Below, in pieces: positions 24,326-36,379 of a stretch of 64,000 nt of DNA. The stretch's first letter is position 1. Every line of letters begins with the position of its first letter. The position numbers and the translations under genes are program-made. This stretch comes from Callorhinchus milii (lineage: Eukaryota), in assembly GCF_018977255.1 (NCBI RefSeq), contig NW_024704743.1:4590001-4654000 (forward strand), read 5' to 3'. The notes under the pieces are model-generated. The model was given only the letters and a program-made list of their open reading frames with translations, was not told where the DNA came from and did no database searches.

Positions 24326-24544
24326 ACTGTACAGGACAGGGCATCTTATTGTGGTCCATCCAACTGATTCCAAAGTAACAATAAAAATATCTTATCTCTC
24401 ATTCCTCAATCAAATCCTTTGCCAAATAGCTGCCTAACTCCCTCTTGAGTTTGCTGACACAATCTGCCCCCCCTGGAGTCTGGTTCTTTTCCTCATATTC
24501 GCAATTCACTTGTGTCAATAGCAGAAAAACATAGAAAAAAATAT

Positions 24545-24780
24545 GTAGCGTTGGAGAGATTACAGAGTAGATTTACAAGGATGTTCCTGGAGATGAGGGG
24601 ATACAGTTATCAAGAAAGATCAGACAGATTTGGAGGCTTTTTCTCTAGAATTCAGACGAGTGAGAGGACACCTGAGAGATGTGTTTAACATTATGAAAGG
24701 AATTGCTAGGCTGGATGTTGATGGGCTGTTTCCATTTGATGGCGAGTCCAAAACGAGGGGGCAGAAAGATAAAATATTAA
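24545..24780 (+). mobile_element. Old CR1 fragment, left half (continues at 26590-26760)
   Basis: gcgttggagagattacagagtagatttacaaggatg (ALERLQSRFTRM) ... tccaaaacgagggggcag (SKTRGQ). Confidence 0.82.
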
Positions 24781-25047
24781 TATAATAATAATCCTTGCAT
24801 TTGATCTTTGAGACATCTCAAAGCGCTTCACAGAATATACTGTAAAGTGAATTGACTGTATATTTTGTGGGCAAAACGTGGCAGCCAATTGGGTGTGTCC
24901 CAGAAACAGTAGTGGATTGAGTAAATCCGATTTTTTTTTTTGAAAGAGGTTATTACTCCCGGAAAGTGATCCAACAGTCAGCTAACAACCGGGTTCCTAC
25001 TTACGACTCGGTAAACAGAGGCGTGTGGAGTAAGGAAACTTTCCTAA
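24781..25047 (-). mobile_element. SINE-B 3' part (head lies at 26505-26584)
   Basis: Tail, Deu block and central block up to gtgtggagtaaggaaactttcc. Confidence 0.85.
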
Positions 25048-25070
25048 TGCGCTCTGAGACACCGTCCGTT

Positions 25071-26473
25071 ATTGATTGGAAGATTGCAAACGTGACACCA
25101 CTATTTAAGAAGGGTGGGAGAGAAAAGATGGGGAACTATAGACCAGTTAGTCTGACTTCAGTGGTTGGGAAAATTCTTGAGTCCTTAATTAAGGATGTCG
25201 TTATGGGATTCCTGGAAGACCATAACAAGATAAGGCAGAGTCAACATGCTTAACTAATCTTTTAGAGTTTTTTGAAGATGTGTCTAGCAGGTTAGATAGG
25301 GGGGAACCAGTAGATGTAGTATATTTAGATTTTAAAAAGGCATTTGACAAAGTGCCACACAAAAGGCTATTGCACAAGGTTAAGGCCCACGGGATTAATG
25401 GGAACATATTAGCATGGATTGAAGAGTGGCTAACGGGTAGAAAACAGAGAGTAGGGATAAACGGGTCATTCTCGAATTGGCAGGATGTGACTAGTGGAGT
25501 GCCACAAGGATCAGTGCTTGGGCCTCAGCTATTTAATGATCTAGACGAGGACATTGAATGTAACGTATCTAAATTCGCGGATGACACTAAACTAGGTGGG
25601 AGAGTAAGCTCTGAGGATGATGCAAAAAGATTGCAATGGGATTTAGCGGAGTGGGCGAGTAGGTGGCAGATGGAATTTAATGTGGGGAAGTGTGAAGTTA
25701 TTCACCTAGGTAGAAAAAGATTGGATCGTGTTAGAGTACAGAGGGATTTGGGTGTCCTTGTACACCAGTCTCAAAAAGTTAGTTTGCAGGTGCTGCAAGC
25801 AACTAAGAAGGCGAACGGCATGTTAGCGTTCATTGCAAAAGGTTTAGAGTACAAGAGTAGGGAAGTCTTTCTGCAACTGTATAGGGCCTTAGTGAGACCG
25901 CACCGAGAGTATTGTGTGCAGTTTTGGTTTCCTTATTTAAAAAAGGATATTCTTGCCCGAGAAGGGGTGCAGCGTAGATTCACTCGGTTAGTTCCTGGGA
26001 TGAGGGGACTGACCTATGAGGACAGGCTGAATAAACTAGGGCTATATTCTCCAGAGTACAGAAGAATTAGGGGAGATCGTATTGAAACATATAAGATTCT
26101 TAAAGGGCGGATAAAGTAGACACTGAGGGACTGTTTCCCCTGGTAGGAGAATCTATAACCAGGGGTCACAGTCTTAAAATTAAGGGTCAGCCTTTTAGAA
26201 CAGAGTTGAGGAAACATTTCTTCACTCAGAGGGTAGTGAATTTATGGAATTCACTATGGAATTCACTACCCCAGAAGGCTGTAGATGCTCAGTCTTTGAA
26301 CATCTTCAAGGCTGAGACTGATAGATTTTTAAAAAATAGAGGGGTTAGGGGATATGGGGATACGGCAGGTAATCAGAGTTAGGTCAGAAGATCAGCCATG
26401 ATCTTATCAAATGGTGGGGCAGGCTCGAGGGGCCGAATGGCCTACTCCTGCTCCTAATTCTTATGTTCTTATG
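25071..26473 (+). mobile_element. Relatively young 5'-truncated CR1 LINE with RT domain
   Basis: ORFs 24966-25253 (DWKIANVTPLFKKG, GNYRPVSLTSVVGK) and 25280-26119 (VYLDFKKAFDKVPH, GVPQGSVLGP, KFADDTKLGG, YCVQFW); 3' UTR ggccgaatggcctactcctgctcc and (ttcttatg)2 terminus. Confidence 0.96.
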
Positions 26474-26789
26474 AAGGGCCAGATATAAATGCAGGTTGTT
26501 GCAAATGGTTTGGTCATGCCCAGTAGTCAAACCTGGGTCCTCTCCCTTGTGGTGAAAGCGCTAACCACTACCCTATGGGACTCCAAAACTCTTAATAACA
26601 GATTGAATAGGGAATTTAGGAAGAACTTTTTCATGCAGATGAATGGTAAGAATGTGGAACCAACTACCGGAAGCAGAAAGCGTTAATGTATTTGAGAAGA
26701 AACATGAGGCAGAAGGAATAGAGGGTTTTAGGAGAGGAATTAGGAGAAGTGGAGTGTATGCACAGCCCATTGACGAGTTGGGCTTCCCA

Positions 26790-27150
26790 GCTCAGGATGG
26801 CCCATTGTAGAGCACTCTTGCCTATGGGTCAGAAGGTTGCAGGTTGAAGTCCTGTGTCAGGCACTTGGACCTTTGAGACCGACACTCCAGTGCAGAGTTG
26901 GGGGGAACGCTGTGTTGGAGGTGTCGCTCTTTGATGGGACATTAAATATCCTGCCTGCCTGCCTGGGTGGATACTAAAGAAGTCACAACACGATTCGAAA
27001 AGATAAGAGAGTTTCTGGGCTAGCATGCCAGCCAATAGACCTTCAGTTAAATTGCTCGTTCATCTCCTGAGTGTTAAAAGTGGGACACTTCTGTGTGCAA
27101 ATTAACTGCCCGAGCTTGCCAACCAATATGAAGTCACTCCACCGCAACTC
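26790..27150 (+). mobile_element. Deu-domain SINE, diverged
   Basis: Head gcactcttgcctatgggtcagaaggttgcaggttgaagtcc followed by a decayed Deu core. Confidence 0.75.
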
Positions 27151-28669
27151 CCATCAAACCAGTCCTTTCCAGGCTATAATCCCTCCCCAATAATGAACAA
27201 GTCGATTTCAAAATCCTTACAAAACCCCACTCCTCAACCCACCCCCCTTGCTCGGTTGGCTCCGTCCCTTGTCCCCCTCCGCTTCACCACCAGCGGCTGT
27301 GCTTTCGGCCGCTACTCACAAGCCTCGGAACTCTCCACCTCACCCCCTCCCTTGCCCGTCTTCAAATTGCAACCGGAAGACCTTCCTCTTTGACCGTACC
27401 TCCCCTACGGTCACCTCCCCTCGCTCCTCTGGCTCAGAGCCAAGCTTTGCCGCTGTTAAGCGCTCAGATGCCACCCTGCGTGAAGGGTGCCATATCAACG
27501 CAAGTTAGTCGTTTATGGAAAAATTCGGTGAAGCGCTTTAGTGAGATGTTTTGATGTGCTAAGGCCTTAAGTCGCGTGCGAGAAGTAATAGACTATTACA
27601 AGGGATGCTCATCCCCAATGTCTTCCAAATACCTGGAATTGAACCAAGATAGGAGGAGCTCAGACTGAAAGATTTTGAAGATCTTCTCTCATGCACACAC
27701 ACATACACACACACTCTTCACTGGATAATGACTTTTTTGTCTCAGGGGCGATTAAAAAAAACTTTATCGCACTGTCGGTCACAGTTACTCATTGAAGTCA
27801 CATCGTCACCTGGCTGGTCATTGTATTGACGGAAACGGTTGAGAGGAAAAATAAAAGTTCTCCGAATTGTTTATCTTGAGCCTGAGGGTGGGGGCGGGAA
27901 GTGGTGGGAGTTTGGGGTGGGGAGGGTTGTCGCTGATGGCAAAATTCTCTCCTGTTAAGAGAATAAGCGTAAGTGGCCCTTTGCAATATGTCACTCATGA
28001 TCATGAGGACCTTTTGACAGTGTTTTTTTTACCCACAGTGGGGTTTCCAGCCTGACCTTCACAAGCCTGCTGCTCTCTGTATCTAGCGGCTCTGCTCCTT
28101 GCTGGGCTGATAACCTTTCTCAGCATACTCTGGTACAGCAGCCACTGCTAGTGCAGTAAATTACTCCAGGAGGCTGTATCTGGCCCGATTAACCAATTGA
28201 GCAGTGAATCCATTTATTCCAAGGCTCATGGTTTACCAGACTAAATTGAGGCAAGTACTTGATACGTGCGACATCCAGATAAGGGAAAATAGCACTATTT
28301 GAAGCCGATATAGGCTCCAAGTAGGTTTGTAGATTGGCTTGTGTGAACAGTTAGTTCATTATATTCTTTTGTATGTGTGTACATATATCAACCACCCAGA
28401 ACACAGCTGAACTGCAGTTTAATCCGGGTTTACCCCTTTCACTGCTGGAGATGATTTAGCATGTCATTATTTTCGCGAGTTCAACCTCATGATTGCAATA
28501 TTTTATTAATAATCCTTGCATTTGATACAGTGGCTTCATTACGTCACCATGACATCTCAAAGTGCTTTGCAGCATATACTGTAAAGTACAGTGAGCGCGT
28601 GTATCTTGGGAGCAGCCACTTTGTGCACAGCAATGTCCTACAAGAAACGTGGAGTGAGTCGCCAGTTTT

Positions 28670-28815
28670 ATTTATTAATAATAATTATTCTCATTAATAA
28701 TTACCATTGAATAATTATTGTTATCAACAATTACTATTAATAATTACGATAATAATTATTAATTAACTGTTATTAATAATATTTATTTGTAATAATAATG
28801 ATTAATCATTATTGT
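28670..28815. repeat. AT-rich (AAT/ATT) low-complexity tract
   Basis: Degenerate taataattatt repeats. Confidence 0.85.
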
Positions 28816-28819
28816 TAAT

Positions 28820-29620
28820 CCTTCCATTTGGGGGTGGGTTGGTGGCCGAAGGCACAGTCGAAGAGATGGGACTTGAAGGAGGCAAGAGAGGGGGTGAGGA
28901 GGGGGGATCTATCCCGATGATTGCGGGATAGAGTTCCAGAGTGTGGGGGCCGAATGCTGAATGCCCGACCGACCACGGGTGGGGCGGGAAGTGCGGGGAG
29001 GACCTGAAGCAAGCCGGTGTCTGCCAAGCAGAGGGAATGGATAGGCTGATATGGGGTTAGGAGGTCGGAAGGTAGGTGGGGGAGCAAGACCGTGGAGGGC
29101 TTTGAAAGTGAGAACGAGGGTTTTGAACTCGATTCTCTGAGGGACGGGGAGCCAGTGAAGGCGGGCAACAACGGGGCTGATAGGTTGCCGGAGCCTGATG
29201 CGGGAGAGGACACGAGCTGCAGAGTTCTGAATAATCTGCACGTTGTGGAGGGAAGATTCGGGAAGTCCAGCGAGCAAGAAGTTGATGTAGTCAAGCCGGG
29301 ACGTGATGAAAGTGTGGATAAAAATCTCGGCGGCCTGCGGTGAGAGTCAGGGGCGGAGACGGGCAATGTTGCGGAGGTGGGGAAGGGCGCAATGGGTCTC
29401 GGCACGAATGTGGGGCTTGAAGGATAACTGAGGGTCGAACAGGACACAAGAGGTTCCGTATTGGCTCGGTGAGGTGAAGAGTGCAGCTGTGAATAGTGAT
29501 AATGTCAGCGACTGAGGCGAGGAGGTGCTGGCTGACTGAAGCTGAGCAGCAGGGCCTCTGTCTTGCCAACATTCAGCTGGAAGAAGTTGGCTCTCGTCCA
29601 GGACTTAATGTCAGACGCAA
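28820..29620 (-). mobile_element. L2 LINE ORF2 C-terminal fragment
   Basis: Minus ORF 28909-29277 contains LAGLP, QIIQNSAARVL, LHWLPVPQRIEFKTLVLTFKALHGLAP; 29505-29705 contains DIKSWTRANFFQLNVGKTE. Confidence 0.92.
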
Positions 29621-30675
29621 AACAACAACGAGATGCAATGTTCTTCCAAATCCATTCTCTTTGCCAACGACTAAGAGGGGATGATGAAAGCTTGCGTTCA
29701 GACATGTCATGGTGTCACCTGCGCCTATCATTGAAATGGAAATGATGCAGAGCTATCCCAGGGGTGAAAACTGCACCTCTGTAATAGGCTGTGAATTTAT
29801 ACCCCAAAATAGCTTTGTTACGAGTAATCTGCAGGTAAAGAGGTGAGACTTGCAAGGCCAAATGACCCATTCTGCACCCCCCCTCTTCCCCCCCCCCCAA
29901 ACCAATGTTTGTTACGAACCACATTCCCACTTCACGCTCTCAATGTATATTAGCACTATTACTATACTCTGTCATATAACCTTCAGGTCCATCATCAGTG
30001 TCCACTTACCAGATACCGTATATGTTTCACAACATGAGCAAAGGCAATTTTCTGAGCCATAAACGTTACGGCCACCAGTGAGATTAAAAACTCGCCAAGT
30101 GGGGTCGACCTGATACCTGGTAATTTTGAAGCGAACTACGGGAACTACACGAGTGGAAGTTCGTATCGTACAACTTGAGAGGAGAAGGCAGCTTCTCTCT
30201 GTGTCCTGGCCAACTATTCCCCCCAAAGGAAATTGGCTGTTTGTGGGACATTGACTGCTGGGTTCACCTGCAAAATACATAGCCACTGCACTTTACAGTA
30301 AATCCCGCAAAGTGCTTTGAGATGTCCACCTGACATGGAAGATAGGATCAAACGTAAGGATCATTATTATAATTTTATTAAGCTTGAACTGTAAAACACC
30401 ACAGCCAGCCAGCCTTGCGATGTGATCAACTGCAGAAACTCAGTGCAGGAACTCAGTGGAGGTCTGACCCAGAGGACACCATTTGTTGGTATTTTTGTAG
30501 CCTGAGGACCAAAGCTGTTTCCGAGCTACCGTGCGATATCTTCATTTCTTTCTCGTGTTCACTCACTTGCTCGCTCACGCGTGACAATGCCAGATTTCGT
30601 GAGGAAATCTCACGCAGGGTAAATGATTCACGGGTCTAAATTGGGCTATGAAATTTTCATAATCATTGATGGGGG

Positions 30676-30725
30676 TGTGTGTGTGTGTGTGTTTGAGGAT
30701 GATGTGTGTGTGTGTGCGTGTGTGT
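30676..30725. repeat. Interrupted (GT)n microsatellite
   Basis: Two GT runs. Confidence 0.85.
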
Positions 30726-30785
30726 AGTGTAAATGCCACTGAGAATATCTTATTCAAAAGATCACACAATGATCCTGTGTACAAT

Positions 30786-31091
30786 GGAGTCCTGTAGCTC
30801 AGTGGTTAGAGCACTCGCTTTGCAAGCGAGAGACCTGAGTTCAATTCCAGGCAGAGGGCGAAACCTTGGGCAAGATTCCTTACTCCACACAGAGCCTAAT
30901 AATAATCCCTCCAAAACCCAAAACAATAATAAATTGGTCATTTTCAATCTACGACTGTTTGTGGGTCATTGCTGTGCGCAATTGGCTGCCGCGTTCGCCC
31001 ACAAATATACGGACAATTCGCTTTACAGTGTGTTCTGTGAAGCGCTTTGGGACGTCCTCCCGACGTGAAAAGCGCTATATCAAATGCAAGG

Positions 31092-31129
<38 letters not shown>
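30786..31129 (+). mobile_element. SINE-A, full length with long (ATT)n tail
   Basis: Near-identical to the 8911 copy. Confidence 0.95.
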
Positions 31130-31974
31130 GGCGCACTAATTAAGCTACCCTTCGGAAGCGAAAACTTACCGTTGATAGTTAAAATTTCCCAGCTTTCATG
31201 ATGGGCCACAGTGGCTAGATCAAAGCACTGATAGCTTTCAGATGCTTTGTGTCATCACTTCCGTGCTCATATCCAGCCTATGCTTCTCTGCTCTGTTTCT
31301 ATTCTAGAAGTCAGCTCAATTTATCATCACCTCAGTGAATCTGTCAGAGGAAGGGGTGGGAGGGAAGCTATTTCATTCCAGAAAAGCTTGCACTGCAATT
31401 GTAATTATAATTACTCGAGGCTATTTTTTGTTGGCATTAATTTAGGCAATAAATAACGCAGACTAAATGTTCTGTCGAAAAATGCCTTCGCTACAAGTAC
31501 TCAGCGGTTTACGTGGGTAAGATAAATGGTTGCTTTGATGCATTCTGAATTGATGACGATCCACTTAGTGAGTCATTGTGTGATCTTTTGAATTCACTTT
31601 GGGTATAAATTTATACAGATATATCATGTAATATCGTAATATCATGTTGGTGCTCCCCAGTAGCCTTGACTTGGCCCCAGCTCCTTGACCCTGTAACACG
31701 AACCTGTCCAGGACATGAACTGTACAGGAGGAGTTTTACGATGCAGCAACAGATCACCAGTGTGTGTTTAAATGACTAAATTAGACTATTAAGTTATACG
31801 GGAGCGAGCCCCTCAGTAGGTTTTCCAGAAAACCCATGGGGTGTTCACAAAGTCCTCTTACCCCCATCTTGTTTCTGCGGTGCGCTGACAACCAGAGGAT
31901 CGGTGTGCGTGAGTGAACGCCATCATTTTCACGGCAGATCATGATCACGTTCGTTGCCACATCTTCCGTAACAT

Positions 31975-32557
31975 TCATTCGTGACATCCAGGCTCGACTC
32001 CGCAAACTCTCTGCTTGTCGGCCTCCCCGACTCCTCCCTCCACAGGCGGCGGATCATCCAGAACTCTGCAGCCCGTGTCCTCTCCCGCACCGGGCTCCGC
32101 GACCCTATCACCCTCATCCTCACCCGACTCCACTGGCTTCCCATCACACAAGGGATACAGTTCAAGATCCTGGTCCTCACCTTAAAGGCCTCCGGCTTTG
32201 CTCCCCTGTACCTCTGCAATCTTCCTAATGCCCTACCATCCTGCCCGCTTCCTCCGCTCAGCGGGCTCAGGCCTCCTTCACGTCCCCTGCCTCGCCCGCC
32301 CCACAATTGGCGGGCGGGCCTTCAGCCGCTCTGCCCCCACCCTGTGGAGCTCCATCCCATAGTCCCTCTGCCTCCATCATGACACTTCTCAAGACCCTCC
32401 TCTTCGATCGTGCCTTCGATCTCCCTGCTTCCCCCACCTGCCCTCCACCTTCCTCGACCGCCAGCTCAGGTACGAAACTCTTCTCTGTCCAGCACCTCGG
32501 GGCGTCTTCCCGACATGAAAGCGCTATAGAAATGTAATCTTGTTGTTGTTGTTGTTG
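31975..32557 (+). mobile_element. L2 LINE 3' fragment
   Basis: ORF 31981-32382 contains TSRLDSANSLLVGLP, IQNSAARVL and LHWLPITQGIQFKILVLT; (GTT)n tail. Confidence 0.92.
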
Positions 32558-33084
32558 ATGTCTCTGGTGCTTGACCTTTTCTGAAATTCGATCTTTTCGA
32601 CTTATTTACAGTTTGCATTTTATTAACTCCCTTAACTTCGGAGTTTACAAATGGACTTTGGCATCTATTGAGCTCTTCGGTAAGCGGCCAATGTTTGCAA
32701 GGGCCCATTTATAACTCCCCCACCCAAAAAACAGCTAATTCTACTTGAGATTTTCGCTTTGAACTTTTTCAACCGGCTCAGTGACTTGTTTTCCTGATCT
32801 AATTGAAAAGCGAAGAATCACTGGGGCAATAATTCAACCCTGAATTAGAGGATCGAGTGTTGATTAACGTACGCACATAAAAACAAAGTACTTTAATTAG
32901 CTTTAGGTCTTCTAATGCAGGAGGCAATTTGCGTTGCTGTCTGACGGCTACTCATTAGGAGATTAATCTTTGAGAGCTCATGCAGTGCTGCTTATGAATT
33001 GTAAAACAACCTCTTGGATTATTATTTCATTTGGATCTGCTTGCCAGGTGCCTATAACAACAACAACAGTAACAGCAACAACAA

Positions 33085-33830
33085 CAAGACTCAGTGAGGT
33101 GAAGAGTGTAGGCATGAAGGGTCATAGTGTCTGTGGCTGAGCTGAGGAGGTGCTGCCGGGAGCCAAGTGGGATGGCCTCTGCCTTGCCAACATGGAGCAG
33201 GAGGAAGTTGGTCCTGGAGTCGAGGGTGAAGGCTGGGAGGTAGAGTTGGGTGGCACCCGCATGCATGTGGAAATTGACCCCATGCCTGCAGATGACCTTG
33301 CCCAGCGGGAGCACGTATAGATTGAAGAGGAGGGGACCGAAGACAGAGCACTGAGGGGACCGCCACCACTCGTGACAGTTCGGGGGTTAGAGGAGAAGTT
33401 GTCAGTGGGTTATAAGTGCGTTATCTTATTATCATTAGCAGTAGGGGTAGCAGGGGGAGGAATTGAGGTAAGGGAGAGTGGAGGACAAGGAAGGTGGCCA
33501 AAGCCAAGGGAGGAAGTGAGAAGAGGGTCTTGAGGCAGGCCTTGAAGGAGGCAAGGAAGGGAGCGGGGCGAAGGGAATGTGGGATGGAGTTCCAAAGGTG
33601 TGGGGAGTGAGAGGACAGATTGATAAGGGACTAGCAGGTCACTGATGTAGGAAGGGGCAAGGCCATGGAGGGCTTTGAAGGCAAGGACGAGGATATGCAA
33701 TGAGGGCAAGGCGGAGGGATTGAGGCAAGGATCCAGAGTCTCGGACTGTAGTGGCTGAAAGAACAGCCGCTGATGGTGGAGTAGAGGGGATGAGGGTCGT
33801 GCAGGAAGCCAGAGCCAAACAATGCCTTAG
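33085..33830 (-). mobile_element. L2 LINE fragments (RT piece and 3' piece)
   Basis: Minus strand reads [25 protein letters not shown] (decayed YADD region) and ILVLAFKALHGLAPSYISDLL. Confidence 0.82.
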
Positions 33831-34172
33831 TTCATAGACTGAGGCAGGAGGACAAGAGGACACAGAGTACTGAAGGGTAATTTTAGGAAGTATAGCTTTA
33901 CAGACGGTAATTAACGGAGCGATCGAGACCAAAGACTCTGGTCTCTTATTGAAAAAGTGCTCCATGAGAAGCTTGATGGTATTCTGAAGGAACAAGGTAA
34001 AATGTGGCTGAGGGCTTTCTTCATCCAAGGGATGTTAAACTGAGGCCCCATCAATGTTTTGGTGGACTTTAAAGCTCCCGTGGCACTATTCAAAAAGAGA
34101 AGGGAGTTTCTCTCGGTGTCCTGGCTAATTATACCCCACGTAAAGTTGGTTAATTCTGTGGACTCCTGTTGT

Positions 34173-34493
34173 GGAGTCCTGTAGCTCAGTGGTTAGAGCA
34201 CTCGCTTTGCAAGCGAGAGACCTGAGTTCAATTCCAGGCAGGGCGAAACCTTGGGCAAGTTTCCTTACTCCACACTCCTAATAATAATCCCTCCAAAACA
34301 AAAAACAATAATGAATTGGTCATTTTCGATCCATGACTGTTTGTGGGACATTGCTGTGCGCAATTAGCTGCCGCGTTCGCCCACAAATATACAGTCAATT
34401 CACTTTACAGTGTGTTCTGTGAAGCGCTTTGGGACATCCTCCCGACGTGAAAAGCGCTATATCAAATGCAAGGATTATTATTATTATTATTAT
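34173..34493 (+). mobile_element. SINE-A inserted into the head of a SINE-B
   Basis: Full SINE-A flanked by the two halves of a SINE-B head (gtggactcctgt | ctctgtggttagagc). Confidence 0.93.
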
Positions 34494-34683
34494 CTCTGTG
34501 GTTAGAGCATGCGCCTCGCAAGCGAGAGACCTGGGTTTGATTCCCAGGCAGGACGTAAACGTTGGGCAACTTTCCTTCCTCCACACACACGCCTCTGTTT
34601 ACCCAGCAATAAGTCAGATCCCGGTTGTTAGTCGATTAGTGGATCGCTTTTCCGGGGGTAATAATTCCTTCAAAATAAATAAA

Positions 34684-35004
34684 AATAATAATAATCCTTG
34701 CATTTGATACAGCGCTTTTCACGTCGGGAGGACATCCCAAAGCGCTTCACAGAACACACTGTAAAGTGAATTGACTGTATATTTGTGGGCGAACGCGGCA
34801 GCCAATTGCGCACAGCAATGTCCCACAAACAGTCGTAGATTGAAAATGACCAATTTTTATTATTGTTTTTGGTTTTGGAGCGATTATTATTAGGGCTCTG
34901 TGTGGAGTAAGGAAACTTGCCCACGGTTTCGCCCTCTGCCTGGAATTGAACCCAGGTCTCTCACTTGCAAAGCGAGTGCTCTAACCACTGAGCTACAGGA
35001 CTCC
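34684..35004 (-). mobile_element. SINE-A inserted into the body of the same SINE-B
   Basis: Full reverse-complement SINE-A; SINE-B sequence resumes at about 35010. Confidence 0.93.
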
Positions 35005-36379
35005 GATAGTTTGGTCAATCCACGACTGTTTGTGGGACGCTGCTGTGCGCAATTGTCTGTCGCGTTTCGCCCACAAAAATGCACAGTCAGTTCACTTTCC
35101 ATGAAGCGCTTTGAGACGTGGTATGGTGCTATATCAAGGAGGATTATTATTATTAATCAACTTCATGGCTGTTTGTGGAACAGTGCTGTGCGCAACTTAG
35201 CTGCTGGCTGCACCCCCGAAACACATTGCTTTTCAGTATATCATATGAAGCACTTTGAGATGACTTCTTGTGCTATAACAAATGTAAGGATTATTATTAT
35301 TTTTGCATTGAAATCACCTGAGTGTTTTTTCCCAAAAAAAACAAGACTCTGAGGAGCCATGAAACTTTATAGCCTCCCGGCACCAATTCTTTGCGGAATG
35401 ATTAGATGGGAAAATTCTCCAGTTGTTTTCTGACGCTCCCCGTTGAGTCATACTCATGACCCTGGAGATCACAGCTACAATGATGATGAGGCTGCTTCAT
35501 TTTTTATTGGGAAAACGGTGACTTTTTTTTATTTTCCTTAGCCGATGTTAACACTCGCATTGCGCCCCCATGTTCGTGTTAGTCTTGGTTGGGTAGGAAT
35601 TATCCCTCTTTGATTTGACGTGTCAAGATTATGGATGTACAGGAAGTTGGTCGGTTGGTGTTGAACTTCCAGTTCCCGTTGGCTCACAGGAGACCTACGG
35701 TGTTAAGTCAATGTGTGCTCTAACGAGACGCTTAGTAACGGGCTTCCCTGAACCTTCGCGCAGCTGTGCCCTGGTGTTGATTTATTACTGTATCGTCAAA
35801 CCCACAATTAATATTTTGTTTTTGTCGGGGTGGGTTTTAGACAACTTGTGTAAATGACATGTGGATTGGAAACAAGTGCCATCAAGAAGGAAGTCGTGAC
35901 AACAACAACGACTTGCATTTATATAGCGCTCCTCACGCAGGGTAGCATCCCAGAGCGCTTACAAAGTGGAGTCCCATAAGTGTAGTGGTTAGTGGGCTCG
36001 CCTTGCAAGCGAGAGGACTCGGGGTTTGATTCCCAGGTGGGGAGAAACCGTAGGCAAGTTTCCTTAGTCCACAGTCACCTCTGTTTACTGAGCAGCAAAT
36101 AGGAACCCAGTTATTAGTCGATTGGCAAATCCTCGACAGTCCAGCGCCTTTGGACGTCCTCCCGACCTGAAAGGCTCTCTCTATACAAATGCGATTTTGT
36201 ATTCTATTGTATTTTATGCGAAGCCCTTTGAGACGTTTCAACGACGTGATAAGGCGCCATATTAAATGCCAGGCTTATTATTGTTAACATGTTCGGATGA
36301 AAGCTGATTTCTTCCCCCACCGCCAGAGCTTACTCTGAAATTCTGTACTCATTTCCTTTTTGTGCGACGTTGAAACGGT

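Noticed and set aside
28670..28815. AT-rich element as an origin or regulatory site
   Set aside because: It is best explained as an expanded, decayed AAT spacer adjoining a SINE fragment.
32612..32679. Other + strand pseudo-exon candidates (32612-32679, 48068-48165, 59719-59775)
   Set aside because: One splice site is weak or the peptide is unrecognisable; such pairs are expected by chance in long introns.
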